Shown in pieces: positions 35,337-45,409 of a stretch of 64,000 bases of DNA; the stretch's first letter is position 1; the number at the start of each line of letters is the position of its first letter. Origin of the DNA: Magnetococcales bacterium (GTDB lineage: Bacteria; Pseudomonadota; Magnetococcia; Magnetococcales; DC0425bin3); contig JADGCO010000011.1 in assembly GCA_015228935.1 (NCBI GenBank), positions 1,048-65,047 of the forward strand. Reading direction: 5' to 3'. The notes below the pieces were generated by a model. That model did no database searches. It was not told where the DNA came from and saw nothing but the letters and a program-made list of their open reading frames with translations. A program made the translations under genes and the position numbers.

Positions 35337-37211
35337 CTATTCAAAGTCCGTCAATTGCCGACCGGTCATGACGGACTTGATATTGTGGTCCATGCGCCGT
35401 TGGGCAAAAAAGGTGGTGGCCTTGTCCAAATCCTGGATGCGCTCCTGAATGGTCCGCTGTTGATCCGAACCCATGGCCTCGCGCAAGGCGGTCATGGCCG
35501 TTTCGATACCCTGAAATTCCGTTTCGCTCAACAGATGCCGATCCGTGGCCAAGGCTGCCAGAAGGGCATTCAGGACCCGTTCCGCTTCGACCCGGGCCTC
35601 GCGCAAATGGCGCTGGTTGAGATCGGCCTCGCCATGTTCCAGGGCTTCGCGCAGCATGCGCTCGATTTCCCCATCCCCCAGACCATAGGAGGGTTTGACG
35701 GCGATGGATTGCTCGATACCCGTGGTTTGTTCCCTGGCAGAGACGGTCAGAAGGCCGTCAGCATCCACTTGAAAAGTCACCCGAATGCGGGCCGCGCCGG
35801 CCACCATGGGCGGAATGCCGCGCAGTTCAAAGCGGGCCAGGGAGCGGCATTGATCGACCGTCTCCCGCTCGCCCTGGACCACATGGATGGCCATGGCCCC
35901 CTGCCCATCCTTGAAGGTGGTAAACTCCTGCGCCCGGGCGGTCGGAATGGGGCTGTTGCGAGGCACCACCTTTTCCACGAGACCACCCATGGTCTCCAGA
36001 CCCAGCGACAAGGGCGTGACATCCAGCAGCAACACATCCGACCTCTGCCTGCCGGCCAGCAGGTCCGCCTGGATCGCCGCGCCCAGGGCCACGATCTGAT
36101 CCGGATCCAAATCCACCAAAGGTTCCCGTTTGAACAACTCCGCCACAAAGGTTCGCACCATCGGCATCCGGGTCGAGCCTCCAACGAGGACCACACCCTG
36201 AAGTTCATCCGGCGTCACACCTGCATCCTTCAAGGCACGCCGACAGGGAACCCCGGTGGCCCGCACCAGATCCAGGGTCAGGGCGTCAAACTCTGCCCGG
36301 CTGATTTCCCGGGAATAGGGAGGACCCCCGGCATGGGACAAAGCGACCCGGGTTGTGGTGGCCAGGGTCAAGGCCTCCTTGACCCGACGGGCTTCCTGAT
36401 GCACGCCCTGCAACAGACCCGGGGTTGGCGTGGTCACGCCCATCTCTTTCAAAAACAAATCGCCCAGACGCCGGTCAAAATCATCCCCGCCCAGGGCCGA
36501 ATTGCCGCCGGTGGCCAGGACCTGGAACACACCCTGGGTCAGCCTCAGGATTGAAATATCAAAAGTGCCGCCTCCCAGATCATAGATGGCATACACCCCT
36601 TCCCGACCTTGATCCAGGCCATAAGCCAGGGCGGCAGCGGTCGGTTCATTGACGAGCCGCAACACCTCCAGACCGGCCAGACGACAGGCATCCTTGGTCG
36701 CCTGACGTTGGGCATCGTCAAAATAGGCCGGCACCGTGACAACAGCACCATACAGGGTGCCACCCAGGGCTGATTCAGCCCGTTTTTTCAGGGCGTCGAG
36801 AATTTTGGCCGAAATTTCCACCGGCGACAGCCAGAGGCCACCGGCAAAAAATTTGACCATGCCGCCGTCCCCGGCTGCCAATTGATACCCCCCGCCCGGC
36901 ACATCGGCCAGACCTCGACCCATGAAGCGCTTGACGGAGATGATGGTATCCTCTGGAAAATCGACCGCCATTTTGCGTGCTTCGCTGCCGACCAGAAAGC
37001 GCCCATCGTTCCCAACATGGACGATAGATGGCAGGGAGGCCACACCGGCTGCATCCGGGATACAGGTCGGAACCCCCTGGAGATCCATGGCCGCCACCAG
37101 GGAAAACGTCGTCCCCAGATCGATTCCCACCACCCGGCGCTGCTCTTCCGGGCGGGGAGCATGGGGTTTCGGGGCTGCTCCCGGTTCCGCAATATCCAAT
37201 AAGACGTCCAT
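35337..37211 (-). CDS. hscA: Fe-S protein assembly chaperone HscA (Hsp70 family)
   Basis: [21 protein letters not shown] and [10 protein letters not shown]. It lies upstream of fdx-iscX. Confidence 0.9.
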   Translation of the reverse strand: MDVLLDIAEPGAAPKPHAPRPEEQRRVVGIDLGTTFSLVAAMDLQGVPTCIPDAAGVASLPSIVHVGNDGRFLVGSEARKMAVDFPEDTIISVKRFMGRGLADVPGGGYQLAAGDGGMVKFFAGGLWLSPVEISAKILDALKKRAESALGGTLYGAVVTVPAYFDDAQRQATKDACRLAGLEVLRLVNEPTAAALAYGLDQGREGVYAIYDLGGGTFDISILRLTQGVFQVLATGGNSALGGDDFDRRLGDLFLKEMGVTTPTPGLLQGVHQEARRVKEALTLATTTRVALSHAGGPPYSREISRAEFDALTLDLVRATGVPCRRALKDAGVTPDELQGVVLVGGSTRMPMVRTFVAELFKREPLVDLDPDQIVALGAAIQADLLAGRQRSDVLLLDVTPLSLGLETMGGLVEKVVPRNSPIPTARAQEFTTFKDGQGAMAIHVVQGERETVDQCRSLARFELRGIPPMVAGAARIRVTFQVDADGLLTVSAREQTTGIEQSIAVKPSYGLGDGEIERMLREALEHGEADLNQRHLREARVEAERVLNALLAALATDRHLLSETEFQGIETAMTALREAMGSDQQRTIQERIQDLDKATTFFAQRRMDHNIKSVMTGRQLTDFE

Positions 37212-37438
37212 GGTTCACCATCAAAGCAGAATACGTGTCCAGACCGGAATCCAACCCAACCTGCATGTCCATGATTTTTTTCGGTCGATCCGAGAATACC
37301 CGATCACGGTAACGCAAAATGACCCAAGGCAGCAAGCACCACACTTGCCAAAGAGATCCTTGCGGCCAGGGTATGGATGGGATAACCTTGGGGTATTTTG
37401 TGGAAATTGTTCAATATTCCGACATTGTCAAGGGTCCC

Positions 37439-38944
37439 ATGTTCAGGTCCACGCTTGTTCGACGTTCCACACCAGGGAAGGAAAATCTCTGGAGTCTCTC
37501 CCTGTACGAAGCCGCCACTCTGCTGGAAGAGGGTTCGGTCACTTCGGTCGAAATCGTGCAGTCTGTTTTGGCCAGAATCGAGCAGTTGGAGCCGCAAATA
37601 CGGGCTTACGTGACGGTGGATCGTGCCGGCTCACTGCGGCAGGCAGAACAGGCCGATCAAATGCGGGCACAGGGTTCCTTCACCCCTTTGACCGGCATTC
37701 CCATTGCTCACAAGGACATTTTTTGCACCCGGGATTTGCCGACCACCTGTTCCTCCAAAATGCTCGCCCATTTTGTCCCCCCCTACGATGCCACAGTGAC
37801 CCGGCTCCTGCGCGAGGCCGGGGCGGTCATCATCGGCAAGGCGAACATGGACGAATTCGCCATGGGGTCGTCAACCGAATCCTCCCATTTCGGAGCAACC
37901 CGGAATCCCTGGGATCTGGCCCGTTCGCCCGGCGGCTCGTCGGGTGGATCGGCTGCCGCCGTGGCTGCCGGGATGGCCATCGCGGCCACCGGCACGGATA
38001 CGGGCGGCTCCATCCGACAACCCGCCGCCCTGACCGGCATTACCGGTATCAAACCCACCTATGGCCGCATCTCCCGCTACGGCATCATTGCCTATGCCTC
38101 CTCCCTCGACCAGGCCGGGGTGATGACCCAAACCGCTGAAGATGCCGCCCTGTTGATGAATATTCTGGCCTGCCATGATCCCCTGGACTCCACCAGCACC
38201 CCGGCTCCCGTACCCGATTATACGGCGGCCCTGGCGCTGGGCGTCAAAGAGATCCGGATCGGCATCCCGACAGAATTTTTTCCCGCCGAACTGGATGAAG
38301 GGATTTCCCGGGCCATCGATCAGGCGAAGGATGTATTCTCACATCTGGGTGCCAAAATTGTTCCGGTATCCCTGCCGCATACGCAATGGGCCGTGCCGAC
38401 CTATTACATACTGGCCACCGCCGAAGCCTCCTCCAACCTGGCCCGCTACGATGGGGTCAAATTTGGTTACCGTTGCGCACAACCACAAAATTTGCGCGAC
38501 CTGTACATGCGCACCCGGGCGGAAGGTTTTGGTGCCGAGGTCAAACGGCGCATCATGCTGGGCACCTACGTCTTGTCGGCAGGCTATTTCGATGCCTACT
38601 ATCGCAAGGCACAGAAAGCCCGCCGCCTGATCGCTGATGATTTTCACAAGGCATTCCAAAGTGTCGATCTGCTTCTGACTCCGGTCACGCCGACCACGGC
38701 ATTTCGCCTGGGCGAGTTGATCGATGACCCGGTGCAAATGTATCTTTTCGATATTTTCACCCTGGGCGTCAGCCTTGCCGGCCTGCCAGCCATGAGCCTG
38801 CCTTGCGGCCTCTCCCGGGACAACCTGCCGGTCGGCTTCCAGCTCGTGGCCCCTCCCCTCCAGGAAGAACGTCTGTTCCAGGCTGCCGGAGCCTTTCAGA
38901 GCCACACGGACTTTCACACCCTCAAGCCCAACCTGCATGGCTGA
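37439..38944 (+). CDS. gatA: Glutamyl-tRNA(Gln)/aspartyl-tRNA(Asn) amidotransferase subunit A
   Basis: Amidase signature [14 protein letters not shown], together with KDIFCT...[20 protein letters not shown] and [11 protein letters not shown]. The start at ATG 37439 is more plausible than 37319. Confidence 0.85.
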   Translation: MFRSTLVRRSTPGKENLWSLSLYEAATLLEEGSVTSVEIVQSVLARIEQLEPQIRAYVTVDRAGSLRQAEQADQMRAQGSFTPLTGIPIAHKDIFCTRDLPTTCSSKMLAHFVPPYDATVTRLLREAGAVIIGKANMDEFAMGSSTESSHFGATRNPWDLARSPGGSSGGSAAAVAAGMAIAATGTDTGGSIRQPAALTGITGIKPTYGRISRYGIIAYASSLDQAGVMTQTAEDAALLMNILACHDPLDSTSTPAPVPDYTAALALGVKEIRIGIPTEFFPAELDEGISRAIDQAKDVFSHLGAKIVPVSLPHTQWAVPTYYILATAEASSNLARYDGVKFGYRCAQPQNLRDLYMRTRAEGFGAEVKRRIMLGTYVLSAGYFDAYYRKAQKARRLIADDFHKAFQSVDLLLTPVTPTTAFRLGELIDDPVQMYLFDIFTLGVSLAGLPAMSLPCGLSRDNLPVGFQLVAPPLQEERLFQAAGAFQSHTDFHTLKPNLHG

Positions 38945-40007
38945 CAGAAAAAAAATCTGCCTGATCTATACGGGCGGCACAATCGGCATGATCCATACCC
39001 CGGGCAGGGGATTGCACCTGCCTGAACATGCGGACGATTTTTTGCGCATCGCCCCCGAGCTTGCCGATCTGGTGGATTATGATTTCGTACATTTGTTGAA
39101 CAAGGACAGCACCAACATGAACCCGGAAGATTGGGGCAGAATGGCGCATGCCGTCCAGCAAAGACTTTCGGATGATTATGACGGGTTTGTGATCGCGCAT
39201 GGTACCGACACCATGCACTACTCGTCATCGGCACTGGCGTTTGTATTTGGCAAACACCTGGATCGTCCGATTGTCTTCACCGGTGCCCAGACCATTCCCA
39301 ATATCTTGCATGGGGATGCCCGCATCAATCTGTTGCGTGCCTGCCAGGTGGCCATCGATGATCTGGCCGAGGTCGTCATCAGCTATGGTGACGCCATTTT
39401 TCGTGGCTGTCGGGTCCAGAAAAAAGATGAAAAACGATTCGATGCCTTTGAATCACCGGCTTTTCATCCGATTGGCTACATTGGGGAAAAAATTGAGCTG
39501 ACCCCCTCCGCAATCCGCAGACCTGACCGGCGGCATGGTCCCGGTGATATTCGAGTCCTGTTTTCCAACAAGATATTATGGTTGACCCTCATCCCAGGCC
39601 TGCGCCCCGAATTATTCATGCAATCGATAGAAAATCCCGCCTGCGAGGGGGTTGTTCTGCAATCCTTCGGGGCCGGCAATGTACCCTATGAAGAAGAACA
39701 CGGCTATTCATTCATTCCGCTCATCAAAAAGGCCGTCGGCTTGCACAAGCCGGTGATCATCACGAGTCCATTTCCGGGACATGGCACGGATACCACGATC
39801 TATGAAAGCGGTCTCGTTGCCCGGCAAGCCGGTGCAATCGCCACCGGCAACATGACCAGTGCCGCAGCCTATGTCAAATTCAGTTGGATTCTTGGGCAGA
39901 TTGCTGAGGATATCAAACTGGGAAAAATCAACAAAAACGACATAATCGATCTTTTGCGGGAAAAAATGCATGAAATCGTGGCAGGGGAGATGGACAACAA
40001 GTCTTGA
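38937..40007 (+). CDS. ansA: Type I L-asparaginase family protein
   Basis: IYTGGTIGM (catalytic Thr motif) and HGTDTM. The start overlaps the gatA stop by 8 nt. Confidence 0.75.
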   Translation: MADRKKICLIYTGGTIGMIHTPGRGLHLPEHADDFLRIAPELADLVDYDFVHLLNKDSTNMNPEDWGRMAHAVQQRLSDDYDGFVIAHGTDTMHYSSSALAFVFGKHLDRPIVFTGAQTIPNILHGDARINLLRACQVAIDDLAEVVISYGDAIFRGCRVQKKDEKRFDAFESPAFHPIGYIGEKIELTPSAIRRPDRRHGPGDIRVLFSNKILWLTLIPGLRPELFMQSIENPACEGVVLQSFGAGNVPYEEEHGYSFIPLIKKAVGLHKPVIITSPFPGHGTDTTIYESGLVARQAGAIATGNMTSAAAYVKFSWILGQIAEDIKLGKINKNDIIDLLREKMHEIVAGEMDNKS

Positions 40008-40182
40008 AAACATGGCACGGTTGCCCTGCCCTGCCCATTGCATCAAGCAACCTTGAAATAATTCTGGACTTTCACCTGTTGAAACGGGTAGGATCGGCTC
40101 AGTATTTCGATCTTTTGAATGAATTTTATTATTCAGGATTGATCTTGCGTTTAAATTATTTAATAAATGTTGTCATACAAGG

Positions 40183-41493
40183 ATGCTGGCAATGGCGAAC
40201 GTGACATCTGAAAAATCGAGGGATCCTTGGCAAGCCATGGGCAGAATGGCGGCTTTTCGCAATGATTTCACACAAAGCTTCTCAGTGCTGACCTTTCCAC
40301 CCATGGAGATGTTTTTGCAACCCGTGGATGGACTGGAAGCTGTTTTGCGTTGGTATCAATGTCTCGAAACCGCTTTGATGGAGTTCCAAAAATCGGGTAC
40401 CCCATTTTTTGATGAGCGCAAGATTGTGCGGTTTCCGCTCGATATGCCATTTTCCGGTTTTTTTGCGGTGGACGGGATTGCGGCCCTTTCGCAACGCCAT
40501 CATGACATTTGTTCGCAGGTGCGGATGGGAACCCTCTCCCTGGAGCAGGGCAAACAGAATCCGGAGACCGGGCAACTTTTGCGGCATGCCTGCACGACCA
40601 TTCGGAATCAGATGCAAGCCATTCGCGACTTGATGAAAAATCGTGCCCCTCTCCCCCCCACGGAACATTCACCGGTACACATTGGCAGCCTGCTGGCCAG
40701 TCATATCCAGGCGCATCGTCAATGGCTGGAACGCTACCAGGAACACATGCTCAAGGTGTTGGAGCATGGTGCCCTGCGTTGGGAGTATGCCAAGAAGGCA
40801 GGTGATTTCATAACCTGTACCCTTGGACAGGCATTTTCCCGGCATGACGGAATATTCTGGCCCATTCTGCACCTTGAACCTGTCCACAAGCTGAATGATG
40901 CCCACAAGCATTTTCACGCCTCACTGGCTGTAGAGGTCGAAGTGATCAATGCCTTGCGCAGTCGGGGTCTGACACCTGTTGAACTGGACAAACTGCGCAA
41001 AATGATTCTTGCCCGCCGGGATGGCATCCGCCGCATGAGTCGGGAATTGATCGACTTGATGCCTTCGGCATTCGATCTGATTCTGAACCGGGCGACCGAC
41101 CAACCTATACCCACACGCATGGCCACTCTGCCATCGATAACCTATTCACAGATGGTGGCCGGGATTCAGAACTGGGGAAACAGAATTCGAAAATTTGTCG
41201 AGGATCCTCGTGATGCCGGCATCAGTCAAATATTGCTCCATACCCAGTGCCCTACCGGCCAGAGAATTCATCAGGCCATGGCCGATCCGGTGCGTCTGAA
41301 AACCTATGAAAGTCCCTTGCAAGCGATGGAGTCTGTCCACCTGCAAACGCATATCACGGCAACCGTCGTTGTCGTCCTGACCTGGGCCGGCTATACCGAC
41401 GAAGCCCGGGCCATGCTGTCCACGTTGCAACGCGACGAACGACGCTTGATCGAATTCATTCAAAAAACAGGGGATATTATTGGTGTTATGTAA
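40183..41493 (+). CDS. Hypothetical protein with two CZB-like (His/Cys four-helix) segments
   Basis: The segments HRQWLERYQEH...ITCTLGQAF...VHKLNDAHKHFH and IQNWGNRIRKF...HTQCPTGQRIH...VHLQTH resemble the chemoreceptor zinc-binding pattern H-x3-W ... C-x-x-G ... H ... H. This is a weak, motif-only call. Confidence 0.4.
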   Translation: MLAMANVTSEKSRDPWQAMGRMAAFRNDFTQSFSVLTFPPMEMFLQPVDGLEAVLRWYQCLETALMEFQKSGTPFFDERKIVRFPLDMPFSGFFAVDGIAALSQRHHDICSQVRMGTLSLEQGKQNPETGQLLRHACTTIRNQMQAIRDLMKNRAPLPPTEHSPVHIGSLLASHIQAHRQWLERYQEHMLKVLEHGALRWEYAKKAGDFITCTLGQAFSRHDGIFWPILHLEPVHKLNDAHKHFHASLAVEVEVINALRSRGLTPVELDKLRKMILARRDGIRRMSRELIDLMPSAFDLILNRATDQPIPTRMATLPSITYSQMVAGIQNWGNRIRKFVEDPRDAGISQILLHTQCPTGQRIHQAMADPVRLKTYESPLQAMESVHLQTHITATVVVVLTWAGYTDEARAMLSTLQRDERRLIEFIQKTGDIIGVM

Positions 41494-41523
41494 TTCAGAT
41501 AAAATATTTACCTTCTATTGCCA

Positions 41524-41805
41524 TCATGCAACATCGTCATCCGCATAACGAGTATTCAGTTGCGCAAACACCAACTCGGCTGGAATCGATGGACCGCTGG
41601 CAATCCCTTCCTGTATTGCCAGCCGCAGGTCAGAACCAAGACGCTCCAGCATCGCCTGGAAGACATGGGGCGAAAGTATATATGCTGTTGGTCGATCATG
41701 CTCAAGAATCGCGACCGGCCCCAAGCCTGCCTGCACAAGGACGGCATCAGGACTGTGTCTGAGTTCGGCCAGACTCACCGACCGGGAAGCAGGCAAATAT
41801 TCCAT
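41524..41805 (-). CDS. Orphan antitoxin, Phd/YefM-like N-terminus with a ParD-like C-terminal tail
   Basis: SVSLAELRHSPDAVLVQAGLGPVAILEHDRPTAYILSP, then ...AIQEGIASGPSIPAELVFAQLNTRY. No toxin ORF is adjacent. Confidence 0.6.
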   Translation of the reverse strand: MEYLPASRSVSLAELRHSPDAVLVQAGLGPVAILEHDRPTAYILSPHVFQAMLERLGSDLRLAIQEGIASGPSIPAELVFAQLNTRYADDDVA

Positions 41806-42196
41806 CAAACAACTCCACATCAACACCGAAGGGCTTTGTTCCACATTGGCCACTGATGTGCGGAAAGTCAATATGCGCACCAGATAGCGTTGATGTATTG
41901 GTAAGAAGTGAAATGGCGTTAAGCAAAAGCGTCTGAGATTTATATTTTAGTTTGAAAAAGAAGGGAATTTATGATACAATTTCTGAAATTTTAAGCGTTG
42001 ACAATTCGATAGATTGTTTGAAACACTTAACTAACAACAACAAACTTAGTGAAATCGATAATTTTAAAAGATGCATCTGCAAACATAAATTTTCTTATCC
42101 GGTAGCTGTGTTTCCGAAAAGAACAAATTTAAGAATGACACCGCAAGCAAGCGTTTTTACTATTCACGCCTGCTGGCCAAGGATTTGGACCAGCGC

Positions 42197-42322
42197 ATGG
42201 AATGCAACTTTTATCGGGGACAAGTCAATGCTCGGGCGCAACGTCTGGCACAATTGGAAGCCTGCATGCAGGCGGCCTGGGACACCCTCCACACAACCCG
42301 TTCTGCCATTGAGGCTCCATGA
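42197..42322 (+). CDS. Possible 41-aa upstream ORF, or C-terminal remnant, coupled to the TIR gene
   Basis: The frame is open from 42140 and reads ...MECNFYRGQVNARAQRLAQLEACMQAAWDTLHTTRSAIEAP*. Its TGA overlaps the tandem ATGATG start of the TIR gene. Confidence 0.2.
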   Translation: MECNFYRGQVNARAQRLAQLEACMQAAWDTLHTTRSAIEAP

Positions 42323-43494
42323 TGAACAAGGGATATCGCATTTTATTCCTCGGTGCCAACAAACCGGAGAGCCAGGCGCTTTGGCAGCTCCTGGCCCAAC
42401 AGGTTCAAGAGTTGGGAATCAATCCAGACGAATGGCTCCAACGCTGGCATACGGAAGATTACAAGAAAGCCCGCGCCCAGGGAGAAATTCCCCTTCCTTT
42501 GGCAGTCATCTATTGGGGAAACCAAACCCAAACCGATCTGGATACACTCCAGCATATTGCCGGACAGGGGATACCACTCTTTCCCATCGTCAGCAAAAAT
42601 GATAAAGATACCATTAAAGAAGAACTTCCTGTCGTGTGCCAGGATTTTCAATGCACCTTTCAGGATCAGCCGGATTGGCGGGCGCGTCTGGCCAACAGTA
42701 TCCTGGAATCCCTCTCCCTGCTGCGTGACCGGCGCCGGGTCTTTATCAGTTACAAGCGGGACGAGGCATCCGCCGTAGCCCATCAACTTTTCGACGCCTT
42801 GAACGGCGTCGGCTACCGACCCTTTCTCGATACCGCCGAGATCACCCCTGGCAAGGCTTTCCAACCACTCCTCATGCAGCAACTGGTGGATTCCGACCTG
42901 TTGATCCTGTTGGATTCTCCCGGCATCTCCCAGAGCGATTGGGTCAAAAAAGAGTTGGACCAGGCCGAGGACCAGAGCATTGACATCCTGTACATGATAT
43001 GGCCGAATAAAATAACGGCTTCACCAGAAAGGAAAATCAGGGAATCTCTTGCTCTTGGAACACAGGATTTTGTCGGCGATACAACCAAAAATGTTCAGTT
43101 GCATCCCGGCACCTTGGCTCGCATTCTCACACAGGTAGAAAAAATGCGCGCCCGAACCGTAGGTCGCCGCATGGTCTCTTTGCAAAACCATTGTCGTGAC
43201 GCAGCCGCCGCAAGCGGTTTGACCGCCCTGTTTCAACCCGATGGATTGATGTTGCAAAAAAATGGCGCTCCCCGCGCATGGCTGCGTGTGATCGTCGGCA
43301 TTCCCGGCAGTCGGGATTTTCATGCGTTGCACCAATCCCTGCCCAAATTGCCTGTCAAAATGACGGCCATGTATTATAATGGATCCGGAATTGATTCTGA
43401 TTGGAAAGCACATTTGCAATGGCTCAATCAGGAATTACCGGATTATTCCCTGGATGAAAATACGCTGCCTGACTGGTTGGGATGTGTGCCATGA
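42319..43494 (+). CDS. TIR-domain protein with unassigned N-terminal (~135 aa) and C-terminal (~120 aa) regions
   Basis: Central TIR pattern RRVFISYKRDEASAVAHQLFDALNGVGYRPFLDTAEITPGKAF...LLILLDSPGISQSDWVKKELDQA. The N-terminus shows beta-alpha-beta periodicity (YRILFLGAN, LAVIYWGN, GIPLFPIV). Confidence 0.8.
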   Translation: MMNKGYRILFLGANKPESQALWQLLAQQVQELGINPDEWLQRWHTEDYKKARAQGEIPLPLAVIYWGNQTQTDLDTLQHIAGQGIPLFPIVSKNDKDTIKEELPVVCQDFQCTFQDQPDWRARLANSILESLSLLRDRRRVFISYKRDEASAVAHQLFDALNGVGYRPFLDTAEITPGKAFQPLLMQQLVDSDLLILLDSPGISQSDWVKKELDQAEDQSIDILYMIWPNKITASPERKIRESLALGTQDFVGDTTKNVQLHPGTLARILTQVEKMRARTVGRRMVSLQNHCRDAAAASGLTALFQPDGLMLQKNGAPRAWLRVIVGIPGSRDFHALHQSLPKLPVKMTAMYYNGSGIDSDWKAHLQWLNQELPDYSLDENTLPDWLGCVP

Positions 43495-44078
43495 AACAGG
43501 CGATTTTTCTCTCTGCCAGTATTCCCGACCCCCAGCGCAAACCTGAATACGCCGATTGCGATCCCATGGCCTTTCGCGATGCAATCATTGCCTTGGCTAC
43601 GGAAACCGCCCGTCGTCACATTCCCCTGGTCTTTGGCGGTCATCCCTCCATCACCGCCTTGCTGGCCCGCTGGGCAGAACGCAAGGGGCAGGTCAACCAC
43701 GTCGAGCTGTACCAGTCACGTTACTTTGAAAAGGAGTTCCCCCCGGAAGTGCGTACTTTCCCCAGACTGCACCTTGTGGACCGGGTTGCAGGAGACCTTC
43801 AGGCCAACCTGACCCACTTTCGTCAGGTCATGCTCCAGGAAAACCCCATCGCGCTGGGGGTATTCATGGGTGGCATGGATGGTCTGCAAGAAGAACTGGA
43901 TCTCCTGCGCCAGCATTACCCCGAGGCCGTGACCATGCCCCTGATGCATCTTGGCGGACAAACCCGCGATATTTTTTCCCTGGATACCTTGCATCCACTT
44001 GTGCAAGAGGCCAACGCCGCCTATTTTTCTCCAAGTGGACGTTTTGCGCATGTTCTCAATAAAATATGGGAAAAATAA
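43491..44078 (+). CDS. Stand-alone SLOG/LOG-like Rossmann-fold protein (TIR-associated)
   Basis: ATG 43491 overlaps the TIR gene's stop (ATGA). The motifs AIFLSASIP, PLVFGGHPSIT and GVFMGGMDGLQEE resemble the glycine-rich loops of LOG/SLOG folds. No extra domain is present. Confidence 0.55.
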   Translation: MKQAIFLSASIPDPQRKPEYADCDPMAFRDAIIALATETARRHIPLVFGGHPSITALLARWAERKGQVNHVELYQSRYFEKEFPPEVRTFPRLHLVDRVAGDLQANLTHFRQVMLQENPIALGVFMGGMDGLQEELDLLRQHYPEAVTMPLMHLGGQTRDIFSLDTLHPLVQEANAAYFSPSGRFAHVLNKIWEK

Positions 44079-44138
44079 GCACGATACTGCTGAATTCAGT
44101 TTGCATCATAAAGGTTCGTATCACAAAGCAAACAACAC

Positions 44139-44168
44139 AATCCAGGTCGAAACCGGTTCGCCTGGATT
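44139..44168. terminator. Hairpin between convergent genes (SLOG-like gene and csrA)
   Basis: AATCCAGG-(14 nt)-CCTGGATT, followed by gcgttgagtttt. Confidence 0.4.
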
Positions 44169-44187
44169 GCGTTGAGTTTTATCGGGA

Positions 44188-44421
44188 TCATTTTTGGGAA
44201 AGAATGCGTGACGCCTGTTCCAGGACCTCATCGGACATTTTACGATTGGCTTTGCGGGTTTCGCGTTTGATCTTGTCGTAGATTTCTTCGCGATGCACCT
44301 CGACACTGCGCGGGGCGTCGATGCCGATCCGCACCTGATTGCCCTTGATGCCCAGGAGGGTGATTTTGATTTCGTCGCCAATGTTGAGACTTTCTCCGAC
44401 TCTCCGTGTCAAGATAAGCAT
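44188..44421 (-). CDS. csrA: Carbon storage / translational regulator CsrA (long C-terminal form)
   Basis: [48 protein letters not shown]. The start is at ATG 44421. Confidence 0.92.
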   Translation of the reverse strand: MLILTRRVGESLNIGDEIKITLLGIKGNQVRIGIDAPRSVEVHREEIYDKIKRETRKANRKMSDEVLEQASRILSQK

Positions 44422-44542
44422 TTCCCATACTCCCAACGTGTCTGTGTCTGGAGGTTCCGGCCACGCCAATCAGGTGGACCAGGAAACCGGTATGAATCCA
44501 TGTGCGGGCCCCTGTTTTGACACGGGTTCCCGTATTTTTTCA

Positions 44543-45052
44543 TCAAAGTTGCTTGGAAAATCGACTGTGAAAACTTTCTGTTGTTTGCCGGCCACCGATG
44601 CGATTGTAGAAGATTGCCCGGTTCCCCTCCCCCATGGCCTTCAAGATGGCTTCCATGGCATTCAACACCCCCTTGAAGGCGGCCTGGTTTTCCTTGTTGG
44701 TTTGATCGGCCAGCAGAATGGCCGCCCGCAAACGATCCCGCAACGGCAACAGACCGGTTCTGCTTCCCAGTTCACGATCCAGGGTGGTCAAATCGAGACC
44801 TTCCGGAGTGATTCCCAGGGATTGGGCCAGGACCCTGATGATCTCCTGGCGCTGCTCGTCCATCTCCCGAATTGAAGCCAACACCGTGCCAATCTCTTCG
44901 GAAAGTGCATAAATTTTATCTGCTTCACGCTTGCGGATCAGATCCCGCTCGGTGTGCAGCATCTCCTGCAACTTGTCAAATTGCAGGACGAGGGACTCCA
45001 ATACGTCACGCAGTGGCGTCACGTCGGCTTTCATGACCAACCTCCGTGTCAA
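44543..45052 (-). CDS. flgN: FlgN-family flagellar export chaperone
   Basis: A helical protein with the FlgN-like pattern (LQEMLHTERDLIRKREADKI...NKENQAAFKGVL). It lies directly downstream of flgM. Confidence 0.6.
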   Translation of the reverse strand: MTRRLVMKADVTPLRDVLESLVLQFDKLQEMLHTERDLIRKREADKIYALSEEIGTVLASIREMDEQRQEIIRVLAQSLGITPEGLDLTTLDRELGSRTGLLPLRDRLRAAILLADQTNKENQAAFKGVLNAMEAILKAMGEGNRAIFYNRIGGRQTTESFHSRFSKQL

Positions 45053-45354
45053 AAGGATCGGTTACGTTCCTTCAACACCTGTCTCAGGATCCGGTCCGCC
45101 ACTTCCAGGCTGGAAACACTGTAGCGTCCGGCATTCAAGGCTTCCTTGATGGGTTCCACCAGTTCGGCGCGAATTTCCGGGGCCTGATTGATGGCCTCAC
45201 CTGCCAGACTGCTCAGGCGGGCATCCTCGGAAAACTCCACACCATCCTGCCGGGAAGTTCCCACCGAGGAACTTCGACCCCGTCCCTTTCCTTTTGCGAC
45301 ACGGCTGCCGGAAATCCTTTCCAGCTTGGCTGTGTTCAACCCTTTGATCTTCAT
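45049..45354 (-). CDS. flgM: Anti-sigma-28 factor FlgM
   Basis: C-terminal IRAELVEPIKEALNAGRYSVSSLEVADRIL. The ATG at 45354 is preceded by GAGGGAG. Confidence 0.75.
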   Translation of the reverse strand: MKIKGLNTAKLERISGSRVAKGKGRGRSSSVGTSRQDGVEFSEDARLSSLAGEAINQAPEIRAELVEPIKEALNAGRYSVSSLEVADRILRQVLKERNRSF

Positions 45355-45409
45355 TTGGAGAAGCTCCCTCTCCCTTCTTCCTGCCACTCCGGATGCAGCA
45401 GGCTACCGG

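Noticed and set aside
34776-37211. hscA-fdx-iscX without iscRSUA or hscB upstream, considered as a possibly truncated or rearranged isc operon.
   Set aside because: The three genes are intact and tightly packed, and split isc/hsc arrangements are common. Nothing in the sequence indicates a rearrangement scar, so it is not reported as a finding.
41952-42602. A 216-aa plus-strand ORF spanning the AT-rich region and the 5' part of the TIR gene.
   Set aside because: It is out of frame with the TIR-domain ORF, whose motifs are clear. Its first half is AT-rich, low-complexity text and its second half is Arg/Pro/Gly-rich shadow sequence.
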